DNA of 61,201 nucleotides, filler included, from Perkinsus olseni (GCA_013115125.1; 4 parts of 4 records of this genome joined end to end with filler, not necessarily neighbours in it), one strand, 5' to 3'; positions 25,801 to 38,733 are shown, counted from the whole stretch's first letter. Notes: generated by a model from the sequence alone, not told the origin. Numbers and translations: made by a program.

Positions 25801-28383
25801 GTGGCCTCCGCAGCCATCACAGGTACCACACTAGTATACTATAGGAACCCGGCTATTTAAGCACCATTATCAGTGGACTCAAGGATGTTCCAAAACCTTG
25901 TGACCACTTTCGAATACGCATTGATCAGTACCGGGTGAGAGTTCAGACCACGCGCCCTTGAAATGTATACATGAAATACCACGACACGAAAGAGTAACTC
26001 TTTCGTGTCGTGGTATTTTATGTATTTCAACTCTTTAAGAGTTGATGATTGTCTGGAGTCCACACAACAGAAGTTCAGACTCTGGACCGAACCTTCCCGT
26101 ACATCCGTATCATCCTAACGCGTCGAACGGGTCCATACGAAACATTGACCGATTGGACCGGCGAAAATAAGCTAGAAGCACGTCCAAGGTCATCCTGAGG
26201 TTCCTCCATATTTGAACTCTCCTCAGCCAAAGGACGAATACTGTGGCGCGGAGTATTGCGGTGATAAAGGCTCTTATAGCGGCTAATACTGCGTAGATGC
26301 CTCCGTTCTTCCTACGATTCTCGAAATGGCAGTGAAGCAACTGCGCCAGGCGAACGATGGCGACACAACTCCGCGTGTCACGCGTCATGTGATTGAGCGA
26401 GATTCAGCTAATTGCTGATCATGCTGATTGATAACGATGCTGGAGGTTGTCCCATTGCAGAATCTGTTTCCGCAACTCTCACCCGCACTGGATTTATGCC
26501 GAGATTTATGCGTATTCAAGAGCGCTAACGAGATTCTCGAACGCCCTTTACTAAGAGCACTTCTCGTATTGCAGCGAGTTGTTTGAAGTGCTCCTCAAGG
26601 CATCAGGACTGTTATATGGCGCATAGCAATGGCGCATGATATGCACCTCATTGCCGATGTCACGGCCAGCAAAAGCGAAATTATCGGACTCTGGTCAGGC
26701 AGAGGATTGATGTACAGTCGATTGCAGAAGAAGCTGCTAGAGTAGGCTCAGACTTTCTCTCGAAGTTCGCATCATTCTCGAAAAGCAGATTCGCAATTCC
26801 CCGCCATCTAACTCCACGCGCGCAGCGATATTCGGTCAGACGGTAGAAGATTTGGCGCAGAAGGAGACTGAGGAACTATACCGAGAAGAGGTCAATTTTC
26901 CTGTCCCTGGCATGATGTTCCTTGACTGAACTCGAGAGTCATGAGCGACTCTGAGTCACTGAATCATAATGGGCCCTTCATTGAGTACGGATTTCGGACT
27001 ACCTCACTACTCTCTTCAAGCCGGAAGCTCATGAAAAGAGTCTCATCAATCCTATGCCTCGTCTCCGTTAGCGACGGTCCATCGTTATCCCGTGCGTGGG
27101 AAAACGACGGTCCGTCGGGCCGTGGAGTTGATCACCTCGTTGAGCATCAGCCTGATGCCATCAGGTAGCCGAGGTCCAGGCTGAAGCTTTTGAGCTATCC
27201 TCGGAAATCCAGGCGTGGATACTAGAGTAATCTGGGATGACTCGTTCCGAGCGAGTCCGAGTCGCTCGAAGCATTCCAGAGACCTTCGTATGTGAATAGG
27301 GAAAGTACTTGAAGTTATGTACTTTTCTTGCTTTGCGATTAAGAATTTCCTCGCTAAGTTGTTATCTTGGTCATCACCAGGTCTGCCGAGTTAACCAAAG
27401 ACATGGAACCATTGCTCAGGGAGCTGAACTTCTACCGCAATCGAATTGAGAGGTTGAGAGCTCAACAGAGCTCGTAAGCATTATACTCATGACATTAGTT
27501 ATCGTTCACTGGTGCATAGCATTTCGGCATGTGAGTACTGCCTTGAGTTAATGAGTTGTTGCGTTGTTATTCCGCCTCTCGATCATTACGCCGGCGAGGG
27601 AGCCTGAGAAGTCTGAGGTTGATTCTTCTCCACCGCACGGATGGATCTTTCATCAATACGCGCCGACTACTTTGATTCAGACAGTTGACTCACAGCATAA
27701 ACACGACCCCAGATGGCTTCATAAATGGAATCACTGAGATCGGAGGATCAGTTCTCATTCTTGCTTGCTCACTTATCAAACCTGGATAGGAAATGAGGTA
27801 AACGAGTACCAGTCACACAACAAGCTACTGTGAATTAAGCTCAACCTACAGTAACTTACAGACTGCCTGTAAGTTACAGGTACCTCAGTAAGGGACACGC
27901 CTCAGAAAGGAGACATGTCAACACAAGAAGGAAAACTGAGCTTTGCATAGTTCTCTCATAAGCATGGCCATGAGCCCCGTAGCCAGCAGGTAACGAATAC
28001 GCACTAGTTCCGTAGTTCCACTAAAGACTCGGCTCGCGGGTTGAGCAATAGCGTGCCAGCTCTTAGGTTCGCCTTCGCTCGGCCAACAACGACATGGTGG
28101 CAGTGCAAGGCCCTACAACTCCGAACTTCGGGGTCCGAAGGTGCAACTACTAGTTGCCAACTAGCGAACCTTTCAAGCTGAAGCAAAGACTAATGACCTT
28201 GCAACAGTCCGTCGGTAACGGGCGCTTCGAGCCGAGAAACTCCAGTGAGCGGGTATAAGATGTATAACTCAAGACAAAAGTTGTACGAGGGCAAAGCCAA
28301 GACTGCATGGTAAATCACTAGGCGACAAGGCGATCAAAGGACCCCGAGGTGTTCGAACCTCAGTGGTCCGGAGAAGCTCTAGC

Positions 28384-29667
28384 CTAATCATCGGCAACAA
28401 GTCTCCAACCTATCTCCGAGCTATCATCGGAAGATGCACTGGAGAAGCCCGAAGATGAGCTAGGATACCTTCGAATCGGCCCCTCAACATCACCGCTCGA
28501 ATCAGTTTCGGACGAAGCGAACGAGCTGGAATCTTCTTGATCAGAAAGAGGTTCTCCATACTCGAGTTGTTCCATAGTCGAAGCTACATCATGGGGCAGC
28601 TTCGCGTCTGGAGCCAGCATAACCTAACAGCGGGCGCGAGAAAGGAGAGCACTTCACCTCGTAGAGTCGTACCTGAATCGCCTCTCCCGATAATTCCACG
28701 ATCGGATATACCGAGACACAGCCTCGTAGGGGGACTCCGGACGGGCACTTTATGTCAACGTGGTTACCATCGACAAATATGTACATACGACCGTTCAACC
28801 CCACTGCAAGCGTGATCTGACACTCAGAGAATACGCTGGCGATGTCGACGGTTGACTACGCAGTGCGTAGTTCGGGTGTGCAGTACGCACCACGCAGCCT
28901 CCTTGCGGGCCGGTTCTTAATTGCGGCCCGCTCCACCTGTAAGTCTTGGATTTGCCACACCAGGTAGGGGAAAACATCCTCCTTCTTAAACCCACTATAA
29001 AAGTGCCCGGAACTTTATTGGCAGTCTTTGGTAGTGACTCGCCCTGATTAGAAGACACTATAAAAGCTATGCGTTGTTTAATCACTCACTTTCCTTATAC
29101 TGTCTTTGATATTCTCGGGAGACGTCAGAGTCACGCCGATTGCCAAACTCCTTGAGACCAATACCCCAGCTGATACTATTTCAATGGAGTAGAAAAAAGC
29201 CAGGAATCTACTATGACGTGTTAGCGGCTGAGCTCCTATAGCTATCCTGCCCGGAGCAACTCCCGAGTAGGCTGAGTCCCCAGGAAATATACGTAGGCCT
29301 CGTGTGAGGACTGTGCCATGTTCGGACAAGAATACGTCTCGCCATGGAGATGGGTCAAGGAAGGATCTACAACAACATCGTCCAGTCCATTATTTGAATA
29401 CACGGCAAAGAATATAGCATGCCCTCTCAGGACACATCTGACAGCCGACGACACCTCACCTGCATCCAGATCTAACGTTCGGTATTCTTTCCACTGCATC
29501 GCCATCCTCGCCAACAGAAGACTAAGACATACATTTTGGGATAACGACCGGCATTTTTTGATATCCACCTCTATCACTAGATTCCGCAGCACATCTTTGT
29601 TGAAACGACCTCCTATGAATCTCTGAATCGCTGCCTGCGCTGCCGCCGCACCATTTCTGTTCGACAT
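28384..29667 (-). CDS. Neuralized(NHR)/SPRY-like domain protein, multi-exon paralog
   Basis: IAIGAQPLTRH..FFYSIEIVSAG..SLAIGVTLTSP, LPKTANKVPGTFIVG and GLNGRMYIFVDG..VYPIVELSGEAIQVRL, with a Ser/Asp-rich tail. Confidence 0.55.
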
Positions 29668-30706
29668 CTCATTCGGCGACTCAGCTGATCTTGAGAAAAA
29701 CACATACAGCAATACCACGCGATCCAATGTCCCACCTAGTGACGGGAGAAGGACCACACCTTGAAGGTCGCAACGCGTCAAAAGATTGCATTACTGGCGC
29801 TGGTAGCCCTAATCGAACCAACGTTCGAGCCTGAGAGAACAGAGTGTGCACTGAAGAAGCGCGTGATTTTCCTACGATTCTTTGTGCTTCAGCCATTGTG
29901 TCCGCCTCTTGATGCTCGATGTCAGAAGTTCTATGTGTTGCAACAGGAACCGTCCGCGACCTATATTGACTGTTCAACGAAAGCAAGTTTCCTCGAGAAA
30001 TGCTTTCCCATCATGACCTGAATCTTCCTCGCACGCGTGGCGCCGAAAGGATAGTGTATTCCCACAGAAGCTCACTTAAACGAGTACCAAGACGATCATC
30101 CCCCTTTTTCGACTCTGATGGAGAATGATTAAGAGTATTCTCGTCAGACATGTGTTGAAACTCTCTAAGAGGGCCGCCCAGTAAAGGGCTAGGTGGGCAG
30201 TTCCAAAATTAGCACGAACCCAAAATCAGAGCCGACTCGCAGAGAAATTTTCCAGTATCAAACGTGAAGGGCATCGAGAGATTGTCGGTGTACAAAGGGT
30301 CTAAGATCTTCCCACACCGCCCTACAGCCTCTTGCGGAGAGCTTGTTGAAAGGAATTCGATGATCGCCCGCCGCTGTCGGTTGGCGCAGGCTTACAGAAA
30401 TGATATTCTGGGAATATGCAAGATTGCAAGATGATCTTACTAGTGGGCTAGTCCCGCCGGCTGGAATGCCGTCAAGGCTGGCACTGATTGAAGCCAGAGG
30501 TGTACTCTATCGCAACGCAACTTGTGACCTGGTATCGACTTGCAATGAATAACTTTTACCGAGGTCACGCATGTGGTGGGCAATTTTGATCGTCGCTCGC
30601 CTTCTATTCATCAGCGTATCTGGACTCCTGAGTGAATGAATATTATTTGAGAACTATAAAGGATTATTGGTCACTACGTCACAGTAGTCTACGTGCTGCT
30701 GCGTGA

Positions 30707-30806
30707 NNNNNNNNNNNNNNNNNNNNNNNNNNNNNNNNNNNNNNNNNNNNTTAATTAATTAANNNNNNNNNNNNNNNNNNNNNNNNNNNNNNNNNNNNNN
30801 NNNNNN
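30707..30806. other. Assembly gap spacer
   Basis: N44-TTAATTAATTAA-N44. Confidence 0.99.
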
Positions 30807-30808
30807 AT

Positions 30809-31130
30809 TGGGATTTCCAAGACTCGGAACTCGGTAACCGAGTACTCGGACTCGGAACTCGGAACGCCCTAGCACTTTAATCGGCTCCTGGAGCCCGTTC
30901 AAGTGCTCAGCCACTCTGAGTTCCGAGTCCTAGTTGCATTTTCCTAGTTCCGAGACCTAGTAAATGACCTCCGAGCTGCAGTTTGTTCAAGTATTCCAGC
31001 TCGGAAAGGCGCACTTTCCGAGAACTTTCTCCGACTCGGAGACTCCGAGTAGCCTCCCCGAGCGGTTGTGCAGCGCATTCAAGTGCCGTACTACCGTTCG
31101 CTTTGCGAGAAGCTGAAAGCCGAACTCGGG
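30809..31130. repeat. CTCGG/CCGAG-motif-rich MITE-like repeat, related to 57134-57300
   Basis: Both segments start TGGGATTTCCA and contain many ACTCGG/CCGAG motifs. The right boundary and TSD are unresolved. Confidence 0.35.
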
Positions 31131-31888
31131 GTGGGAATCCCACCGTGGGATTGTCGAAGGACTAAACTATTTCTCAAGCATGGCTCGCAGATTATTTCCC
31201 TCATTATTCAATAATAATGGAAATAATGATGGAAATAATCTCTCCAATAATGATTATTGGTAGGCTACTAGCTTGCGGCTACATTGTCTATTTCGTGTGA
31301 AAGAATGTTTTCTACTAGTTAGTAACATGTTAGGGGGCCTTGCAATGATTGGAGACTGCGTGAGTGTGATGGTAGATGCTTTTCTGTGGAGTCCTCGCGT
31401 TGTGTTTCATGGAGGGGACTCGGAAACACTACTCCTTATCGCTAGGACTCGGAATGCGTGATTTGAGGGGAAAATAGCCCCACTTGAACAGCCAACTAGG
31501 AATATGTTGTCGTGCTACTCGGAATTCACCGGATCCGAGAACTCGGATTCTGAGCTCGGATGAGTCACTCACTTGAACAACATCAACAATTATCTGTCTT
31601 CGGCCTACACTTACTGTAAGTGACTTGAAGTGACTCACATGATTCATGTGACATGAAGCTGGGGTACGCACCAGTCAGATTTCCTGAGCGCCTACGAGGA
31701 AATCGCACAGCTATTCAGCAAGATGAAGTTCTTCCTCGTGAGATATGTGCAGTATCGATTCTTTGGCGGAGAATTCCGTGCATTGGATTCGAACCAAGGG
31801 TCTCGCATGCGCTGGTTATTTCGCTGGGTATCTGGAAGTGATGTCGCTGCTGAGTAACCTCGGCCACTTCGTCACGAGGGGGCAAACC

Positions 31889-31985
31889 ACACCTTTGGGC
31901 CGAGTGGGTGAAGACTTCACCGTGATGCGGCGGCCTGATGAGTCGTTGGGTGGAGCCCGCGAAGGTTTGAATCCCTCAGGCGTCG
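31889..31985 (+). pseudogene. tRNA-Ser pseudogene with a palindromic insertion in the D-loop
   Basis: Aligns to the 33061 tRNA-Ser (GGCCGAGTGG..GCGGCGGCCTG..CCCGCGA.GGTT.GAATCCCTCAGG.GTCG) with extra sequence creating GGTGAAG-A-CTTCACC. Confidence 0.8.
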
Positions 31986-32558
31986 GCTTTGCGGAGGAGC
32001 AGCATCGTAACTTGCGATTCGTAAGGCGGGGTGGGAGCAGAGGAAATAACAACAAGTTGTTGTCAACAACGGCTTGCAACTGCCCACGTTACGCTATGGG
32101 TAGAAGTGGGCGTATCCATGGTGACTCGAGTGGCCGTCGTCCACGACTTTGTTCAAGGTAGTTGTGAATAGTATGCTGGGTACGCGGTTACTGTATGCGT
32201 ATCGGTTATGCAATACCGAGTTGTTGGCGGATAGCAGTCCGCTGGCCTCAGAATCTGAGACTCAGATCAGATCGGCAAGACGGGACGAGACGAGTTAACG
32301 ACTTTTGGATGGGGAGCTCAGCTCCCGGAGCTGCGATCGGGTCTGCGTTTTCGTCATACGCTGCAAATCCTGCTCCGATGCACACGACCCACCCTAAACT
32401 CGTCGAACTCGACTCGTCCCGCCCTGCCGATGATAGCTGTGGCTATTGGACTACGAGGCAACAGCAATGCACAGAACGAGTAAGTCCAATACCAAACAAA
32501 ACCCCCGGGTGGCTGAGGGTGGGCAAAAGAAAACCCGCGACTCCTATACACGCTCAAC

Positions 32559-32760
32559 CAGGGGCCGTATGCGGATACTGATTCGAGGGGTGAGTCAGAT
32601 TTTTTACTCAGAGAAAAAATCACACAGTGAGTAATACGCCGTGATTCAGTGATTTTTTACTCCAGAGTACGAAATCAGAATCTTTCGAGCTTGAGTTGAA
32701 TCTTAACCGTGATTCAAAAATCAGAAGCCGATTTTTTGTTCGATTTTTACTCAGCACCTG
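32559..32760. mobile_element. Possible hAT-like non-autonomous element
   Basis: Imperfect termini CAGGGGCCG ... CAGCACCTG and repeated GATTTTTTACTC motifs. No matching TSD. Confidence 0.3.
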
Positions 32761-33060
32761 ATGGGAGTTGGGAGTCGTTTAGAGGAGTTTAACTCAGGGA
32801 TGGGAGTACGGGAGTTTTACTCACCAGTTGGGAGTCGAAAACGATCAATAATATCGACATCCTCAGAATGCTCATCAACTCCATCTTCTGGTGCAGCTTG
32901 CAGGTGCGTAAGCGTCGGCACTAGCGCCGCAGGCGAGCGCTTGCTTCGTCTCCGTATTTGCACCACTCTACACTGCGCGGGCTTCGTGTAGTTCGTCACA
33001 CAACATCTGCGCAGTGCTGAGTTGAAAAGTCTATCACGGGTGCCATACAGCATTGAGCAA

Positions 33061-33142
33061 GACACTTTGGCCGAGTGGTTAAGGCGGCGGCCTGCTAAGC
33101 CGTTGGGTTTTGCCCGCGAGGGTTCGAATCCCTCAGGTGTCG
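33061..33142 (+). tRNA. trnS-GCT: tRNA-Ser(GCT)
   Basis: Full cloverleaf: GACACTT/AGGTGTC acceptor stem, GCGGC-CTGCTAA-GCCGT anticodon arm, long variable arm, GAGGG-TTCGAAT-CCCTC T arm. Confidence 0.95.
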
Positions 33143-33194
33143 TCCTTACAGCGAGTACCCTGCAACGTAGCAACACCAACAGAGACTTATAGAA

Positions 33195-33267
33195 TACCCG
33201 ATGCAGGAGTCGAACCTAGACCATCTACTCCGTAGGCAGACAATCTATCCAGCTGAACTAATCGGGC
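33195..33267 (-). tRNA. trnR-ACG: tRNA-Arg(ACG); T-stem imperfect, possibly a pseudogene
   Basis: GCCCGAT/ATCGGGT acceptor stem and TCTGC-CTACGGA-GTAGA anticodon arm. One G is missing before the T-stem relative to the 58964 copy. Confidence 0.8.
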
Positions 33268-33904
33268 GATTGAGTGACGTTTAAGAGCCCGCTCGGCTTC
33301 ACTGGAAGTGAAGGGAAGTGCGTCTTGGCCACCAACTAGTGAAAACTGATCGATTCGATCGGGAGCCTCTCCCGAATTCCACACCAACAGCAGGAAGATT
33401 TACTCGGTTACCGAAAGGTTACTCGCTTGACAGAGCCTTTTTAGGACCACTCATTTCATTTTCTGTGCCAACCCCGAGAGAGTCAGTCGGCACTGTCTAC
33501 AACTGAGAATCTCAGTAGTATCGAGGTATCTTAGTCTAAGATACCTCGATACTACTGATGTTATTATTCACTACGCTCGATACAACTTTTATGTGAATCA
33601 GAAGCTTGGCATCACAAGAGTATCTTCTGTTGCTTGTGGCGGCAGGCGTCCACGTGAGGCTAGTGGTTTCTGCTGTCCCCATCGCGAGCTGCGATGGTAG
33701 TAGGAAACCCTCAGTGATGTTTCTGCCTATCCAATTCTGTCTCTGTGGACGCGGTAAACCTGCTGCGTGGCATAGGTGTGGCCCTTGCATGCTGAGGATA
33801 CTCCGAGTATCATACTCGAGGTATCCCGAGGCCCAGGACGGCCGGAAGAACGCGATTCTCCGTGACACGTGACAGTCAATACGTGCAGATGTGAATCTGA
33901 ACAG

Positions 33905-35563
33905 ATGTGTAGTAAACAAAGAATTCTTCTCCCACTACGTCTGGTACTGACCTCGCTCATATCCCGATTCGTTTGGGCTGACGTTGACAATGCTGTGCAC
34001 CGCTAGGGGGATGCTCTTCCGCGCCAAGTCCAAACTAAGGGTATCCCGCCGCCTTATAACCCGCGATTCGATGAAGCCAGCGGTTACGTCCCGGCCGCTA
34101 TGGTTCATGTATCTTCCGGTGAAGATATAATCGTTGCTTTGGGGATCTGTTATGAGGAAAATGCACCCGTAGCGCTCAGGAGTACTGTTGGTCATTCCTA
34201 CATTGGGCAGTCAACGGTTGACGGCGGCATTATTATCAGCTTCTGGGGGTTGAAGGAACTCGAGGTTACGGAAGAGCATGGCCGATATATTGCCAAGCTT
34301 GGTTCTGGTTTGAAACTGCTAGAGGTCTACTCGAGGCTTGCTCGTCATAATCCTCCCTTGGGTTTCGCTGGTGGTTCCTGCCCATCTGTTGGTGTTGCCG
34401 GTTTGGCCTCTGGCGGTGGTCGTGGCCTATCATCGGCTATGTACGGCTTGAGTGCGGATAGGGTAACTGCTGCTGAGGTTGTCGTCTACAATCGAGAGAA
34501 AGGCAAGTTTGAGTTGGTAACCGCCACCGGTTACAACGAGCATTCTGATCTCCTCTTCGCTGTGCGCGGCGGTATGGGTGGCAACTATGGGGCATTAGTT
34601 TCACTCAGCTACGACGCCTTCCCGGTCACCAACGTTGTCGTGATTTCCGGCAAGAACTCAGATGTAGACCCCTCCTTGCAAGCTCTGAGGATCAAAGCGT
34701 TCCAGGACTTCATGCACTCCGACGCTGCTGGCCCAGAAATCTTCGGGATTGGAAAGTTCTTGGGTGGCGGTGGCATCCAATACAGTGCGCAGTGTATTTG
34801 CGACGCCTATGGTAATTGCACAACTTGCCATGCTAAACTGGATGCTCTAGAAGCTGTCGTTGGCCTGCCGCACCCTCTACGCATTGAGCAGGACTTTGGG
34901 AAGGCTATGTGGTTCTGGGCCGATTGCACCGGTCATCCTGGCGTGGATTTTTATCCTCCTGAGGGCATCGCCAGCTGCAGCGAGGAGGAGCTGAAGGAGG
35001 CTATGGACAAATACTTGTCCTTCGATAGAGAAGTCAACGGTGGTCCAAACAAGGCTAAATCTATCTATTTCCCGAAGGACATGAGCGTACAGGAGCTCAG
35101 AACTCTCGCCGAAGCTGCAGTTGATCCAGTCTGCCATTCTCCCAGCGATTGCGCAATCCTCTTGGACTTCTGTGGCCATGCTATGGTGAGCGAGCCTGAG
35201 AACTGTGATCAGAGTGCTAGCAAATGTACCTCGTTTGACCACAGGACGCCTGGGTGGCACATGCAAATATTGATTTTCTGGGAAAAAGACAAAGCCACTC
35301 CCATTGAAAAGCTTCAGTGGCTGCGGGAGACTTACGACTCTGCCTTCCCTGGTTCTCTCGGTACAGCTTACCAGAACTACATCGACTCTGACCTGGCTGA
35401 TGGACGTAAATGGATTGGTCAGTACTTCCCGAATGCGGGTACCTATCCGAGGCTTCAACAAGTTAAATGTCGCTATAACCCGATTGATATGTTCAACTTC
35501 GAGGCTGTTGACTTGATGACCATTAATATCGCTGACAGCATATGCGGGGCAGGAACTGGCTGA
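33905..35563 (+). CDS. Secreted FAD-linked oxidase of the berberine bridge enzyme (BBE)-like family; in-frame TAG at 34004-34006
   Basis: RSTVGHSY (RxGGH His), GSCPSVGVAGLASGGGRG, DLLFAVRGGMGGNYG and BBE tail AYQNYID..YF..YPRLQQVKCRYNP. A signal-peptide-like N-terminus is in frame from ATG 33905. Confidence 0.9.
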
Positions 35564-37559
35564 AAGGGTTCGGTTCCATGCCCATCAACATTGCAAGCTC
35601 CGAACTTCTTTGTTTACTCGGTTCAATACTAAGCTGCTTACACCATTCTTCCTAGCGTGAAATAGGTTTTCTGACGTTGAGTCACTGATCACGGTCAAGA
35701 TGCTCTGTTATCTGGGAGTAATCATTACTCCCAGATTACTCAGTAATGGGTGGTGGGGGCAAACAAGCGTTAGCACTCCTTCGTCTGAGCTGCTCAGACC
35801 CAGCACGCTACACTACGCCCGGGTGACCAGTTCACACAGGGAAGTCGCACCGCGAGATGGGGGAAAAGGAGCTCGATTGGGGGACCTTTCGAGTCCTGGA
35901 GATGATGCTTGTCGTGGCACACCGGGGCGAGGCTTTGTGTGATGGTCGTAGGCACAGCCCCCCGGGATGTGCAAGCGGATCCTGCCAGGGGGAAAGGAAG
36001 CCTCGCTGGTCGAATAACCCTGAGAATAGCTTCTTGACAATCTGTCTGATTGCACTGAATGTCAATGCTTTGCATTGAATGCTACAGGAAGTCTCCAACT
36101 GTGCGCATTGGCAATGAGTCTAACTGAGCCGGAACCGTAAGCGTTGGACTATAAACTCACACACACCGAGATTAACGCGAATTTCGCGTTAAGAATTTTA
36201 GTAAATATCTCATGATCATTACTGATCCACGCAAGCTTTGCAATGAGAATTGCAGGGCACGAATCGACAGCAAAGTGCTAGGTGGCACAAACAGGGAAGT
36301 AGCAGCTGCAGCGCGAGCCCAGTATTCATGTGGACTCTGAACTCGAGCAAGCTGATGATTGTGAAATAAATTAGACATGTACGATGCTGATATGCGTATG
36401 GGAAGTGTTTTACCGCCAGACGAGATTTTTTCTGTTTTTTGGAAAAGCAAGAAGCAAAGAGTACCATCAAATCCCCGAAAATGATGTCCTTAGTAAGGAG
36501 TCCTTACTAAGGACTGATAAGGACTCCTTATCAGCGGAATCGGCTTCTTCAATCATGAGATCGACTCGTTCTGCTCCAAGTCGCTCACCAAACTTCGGTG
36601 ACCAAAATTGAACGCCATATTCGGGCCGAATAGAGAGAACAGCCTATTCCGGATAGGCGTTATCCGATTCGTTATCCTACATGAACGACGGCCATGAAAG
36701 GTGACGCCTGGTCCTGACGTAGGTGCGGAAGCTTGGAGATGGACGGCAAGACGCGAGGGGCACCCGGCTGAGAACCCAACTTCGGTTACCCAAGGCGGAG
36801 TGAAACGGAAACGTTTGATAGGTGGCGAAAACGCTCACCGCTCTCCTGCCATTGCCAATGGCAGGCTGCCAACGAATCGTTGGCAACGATATGATGGGAC
36901 ATTGGTCCGAAGATTCTGAAAGTGAAGACAGGAGTGGAGAGTCGTGCGACTCAGACGAAGAATATCGATGAAGCCAGACAAGAGCTTCAGTCCCTGGCAG
37001 GCACTGTCTACTGGCCAATTTTCGGCGAATCTAGCTCTTGAGAGTATGTCGCACTCCGTGGATCATCCACGATGAATGCCCCCATTCTCAGCCTGTTGGG
37101 CAAGCCGTATTGGCCTATCCTACAGGTGCTGAAGTTCGCTACGTACGCCTCCTTTTCTGCAATCCTTCCCGGGCAACTAGAGAGCCACTAGTGCTCTTCC
37201 AAGTTCTCTTGAGGGCTTGCAGTTTCATGATGTAACCTCATTTGTAAGGCGTGCTTCGTATGGAGTTCGCGTGCTTTTAGTTGACCACTGGTCAACTGGT
37301 GAACTGGTCAATGACCAGTTAATCGTATGGGTGGTTACGAGTCGTAATACCACTTGACACTACAGTTCACCTGACTTAGACCAAGTCAGGTGCGCGGTGT
37401 TCCAAGTCACTTGGTATACCGTCACAGTCTGACAGTGTCAGACTGACAAACCGCAGCATGTCAGACCGAGTCTGGCTCGCACTGGTTGTGATGTTCAACG
37501 CCACGGCTATTACGGGTAAATACTGAACACTTCATTGCATTAGAAGTGGTCTGCGATGT

Positions 37560-37950
37560 CGACGAGTCGCCGATGATGTACCTACCTTCGACTTCCACTG
37601 TGTTAGCAATAAGATCATTGAGGTAGTAAATCTGATTATGAATGAATCCTAGCCATCTTCAGAACAAGAACGGAATAGCAAGGACCAACCTAGCGCCCCT
37701 CCGCCTAGGACTGATAAGGTCGACACTCTCTCGAAGGACACACCGGGCAATGCCATTGCCGCAATGTTCCTGTGGAAGCTGAGGAAGACTTGCTTGTGTT
37801 CGATGATCAAACACGAACTTGATGTGATCGAAGTTCGATCATCGAACACGACGAGGTGGCACTCAATGACGAGGTCAATCGAAACCTGTACAGACAAGTG
37901 GCATGGAGAAGGCCTTTCACCCAACAAAAGGATAAGACAGCCGTTATAGG
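37560..37950 (+). pseudogene. Possible hAT transposase fragment
   Basis: Broken frames read SNKIIEVVNLIMN and SNTTRWHSMTRSIE, resembling the hAT TRWNS motif region. Confidence 0.35.
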
Positions 37951-38733
37951 GGCCGATACCTCGTTCTAGGGGCCGACACGACTTGAATAAAGGAAACATT
38001 AATGATGACAGGGGCCCACGAATTCACCTGTTTGTTTAGCTGTGTCGCACGTCATTGCTGGATTCTTCGATCGCCTGAGTAACATACAACGCAGTGAACC
38101 GAAAGCATGATAGATGATGAGTTGTGAATTACATCTTCTAAAAATTCGTCCCGGCGGGGACCGAGATTAGATCCTATAAGAGGTTAGATGCATCGTAATA
38201 TAATCTTGCACATTCTTATCCTAGGTTGGCGGCAGAGGACAAATGGACACGGGTTGCCAATCTCTCAGCAAACGGTCCAGCTGGTGAGCAAGCTCTGTCT
38301 CAATTGTATCGCGCCTCCCGTCAATAAGGCGAGGTGGGAGGAAGCTTGGTTTGGGGTATACATGGTGGACCAGTCTGGAGGCCTGGGACTTCGGTGAACT
38401 TTGATTCATGGTACGAGCCATCAATACGTGCTTTATGGGATGCATGTCTCGATGATAGTAAATACAATGCAATGCGAAGCGCCCTCGAAGCAAGTCGCGA
38501 TGTCATTTCTAACACTCGGAACAGTATTATTTAGTTCCAGTTTAAGCAGAGCCACCACATCAACAAGAATCTCCCGGCAAAGATGGCGGTGGTAGTAGCA
38601 CCGACGGTGGTCCACCGTGGTGCTGCTACCGGCAGGGCTGACGGCTTACGATACGGCGAAGTATCGCTCAGAGGAGACTTGGATAGATGACCCAACTCGG
38701 TGAGCGATGGACGGAGACTCCATCATGGAGTGA

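Noticed and set aside
30809-31142. Apparent TIR pair TGGGATTTCCA / TGGGAATCCCA
   Set aside because: The right-hand copy is generated by the exact scar at 31130-31151, so it is not independent evidence of a TIR.
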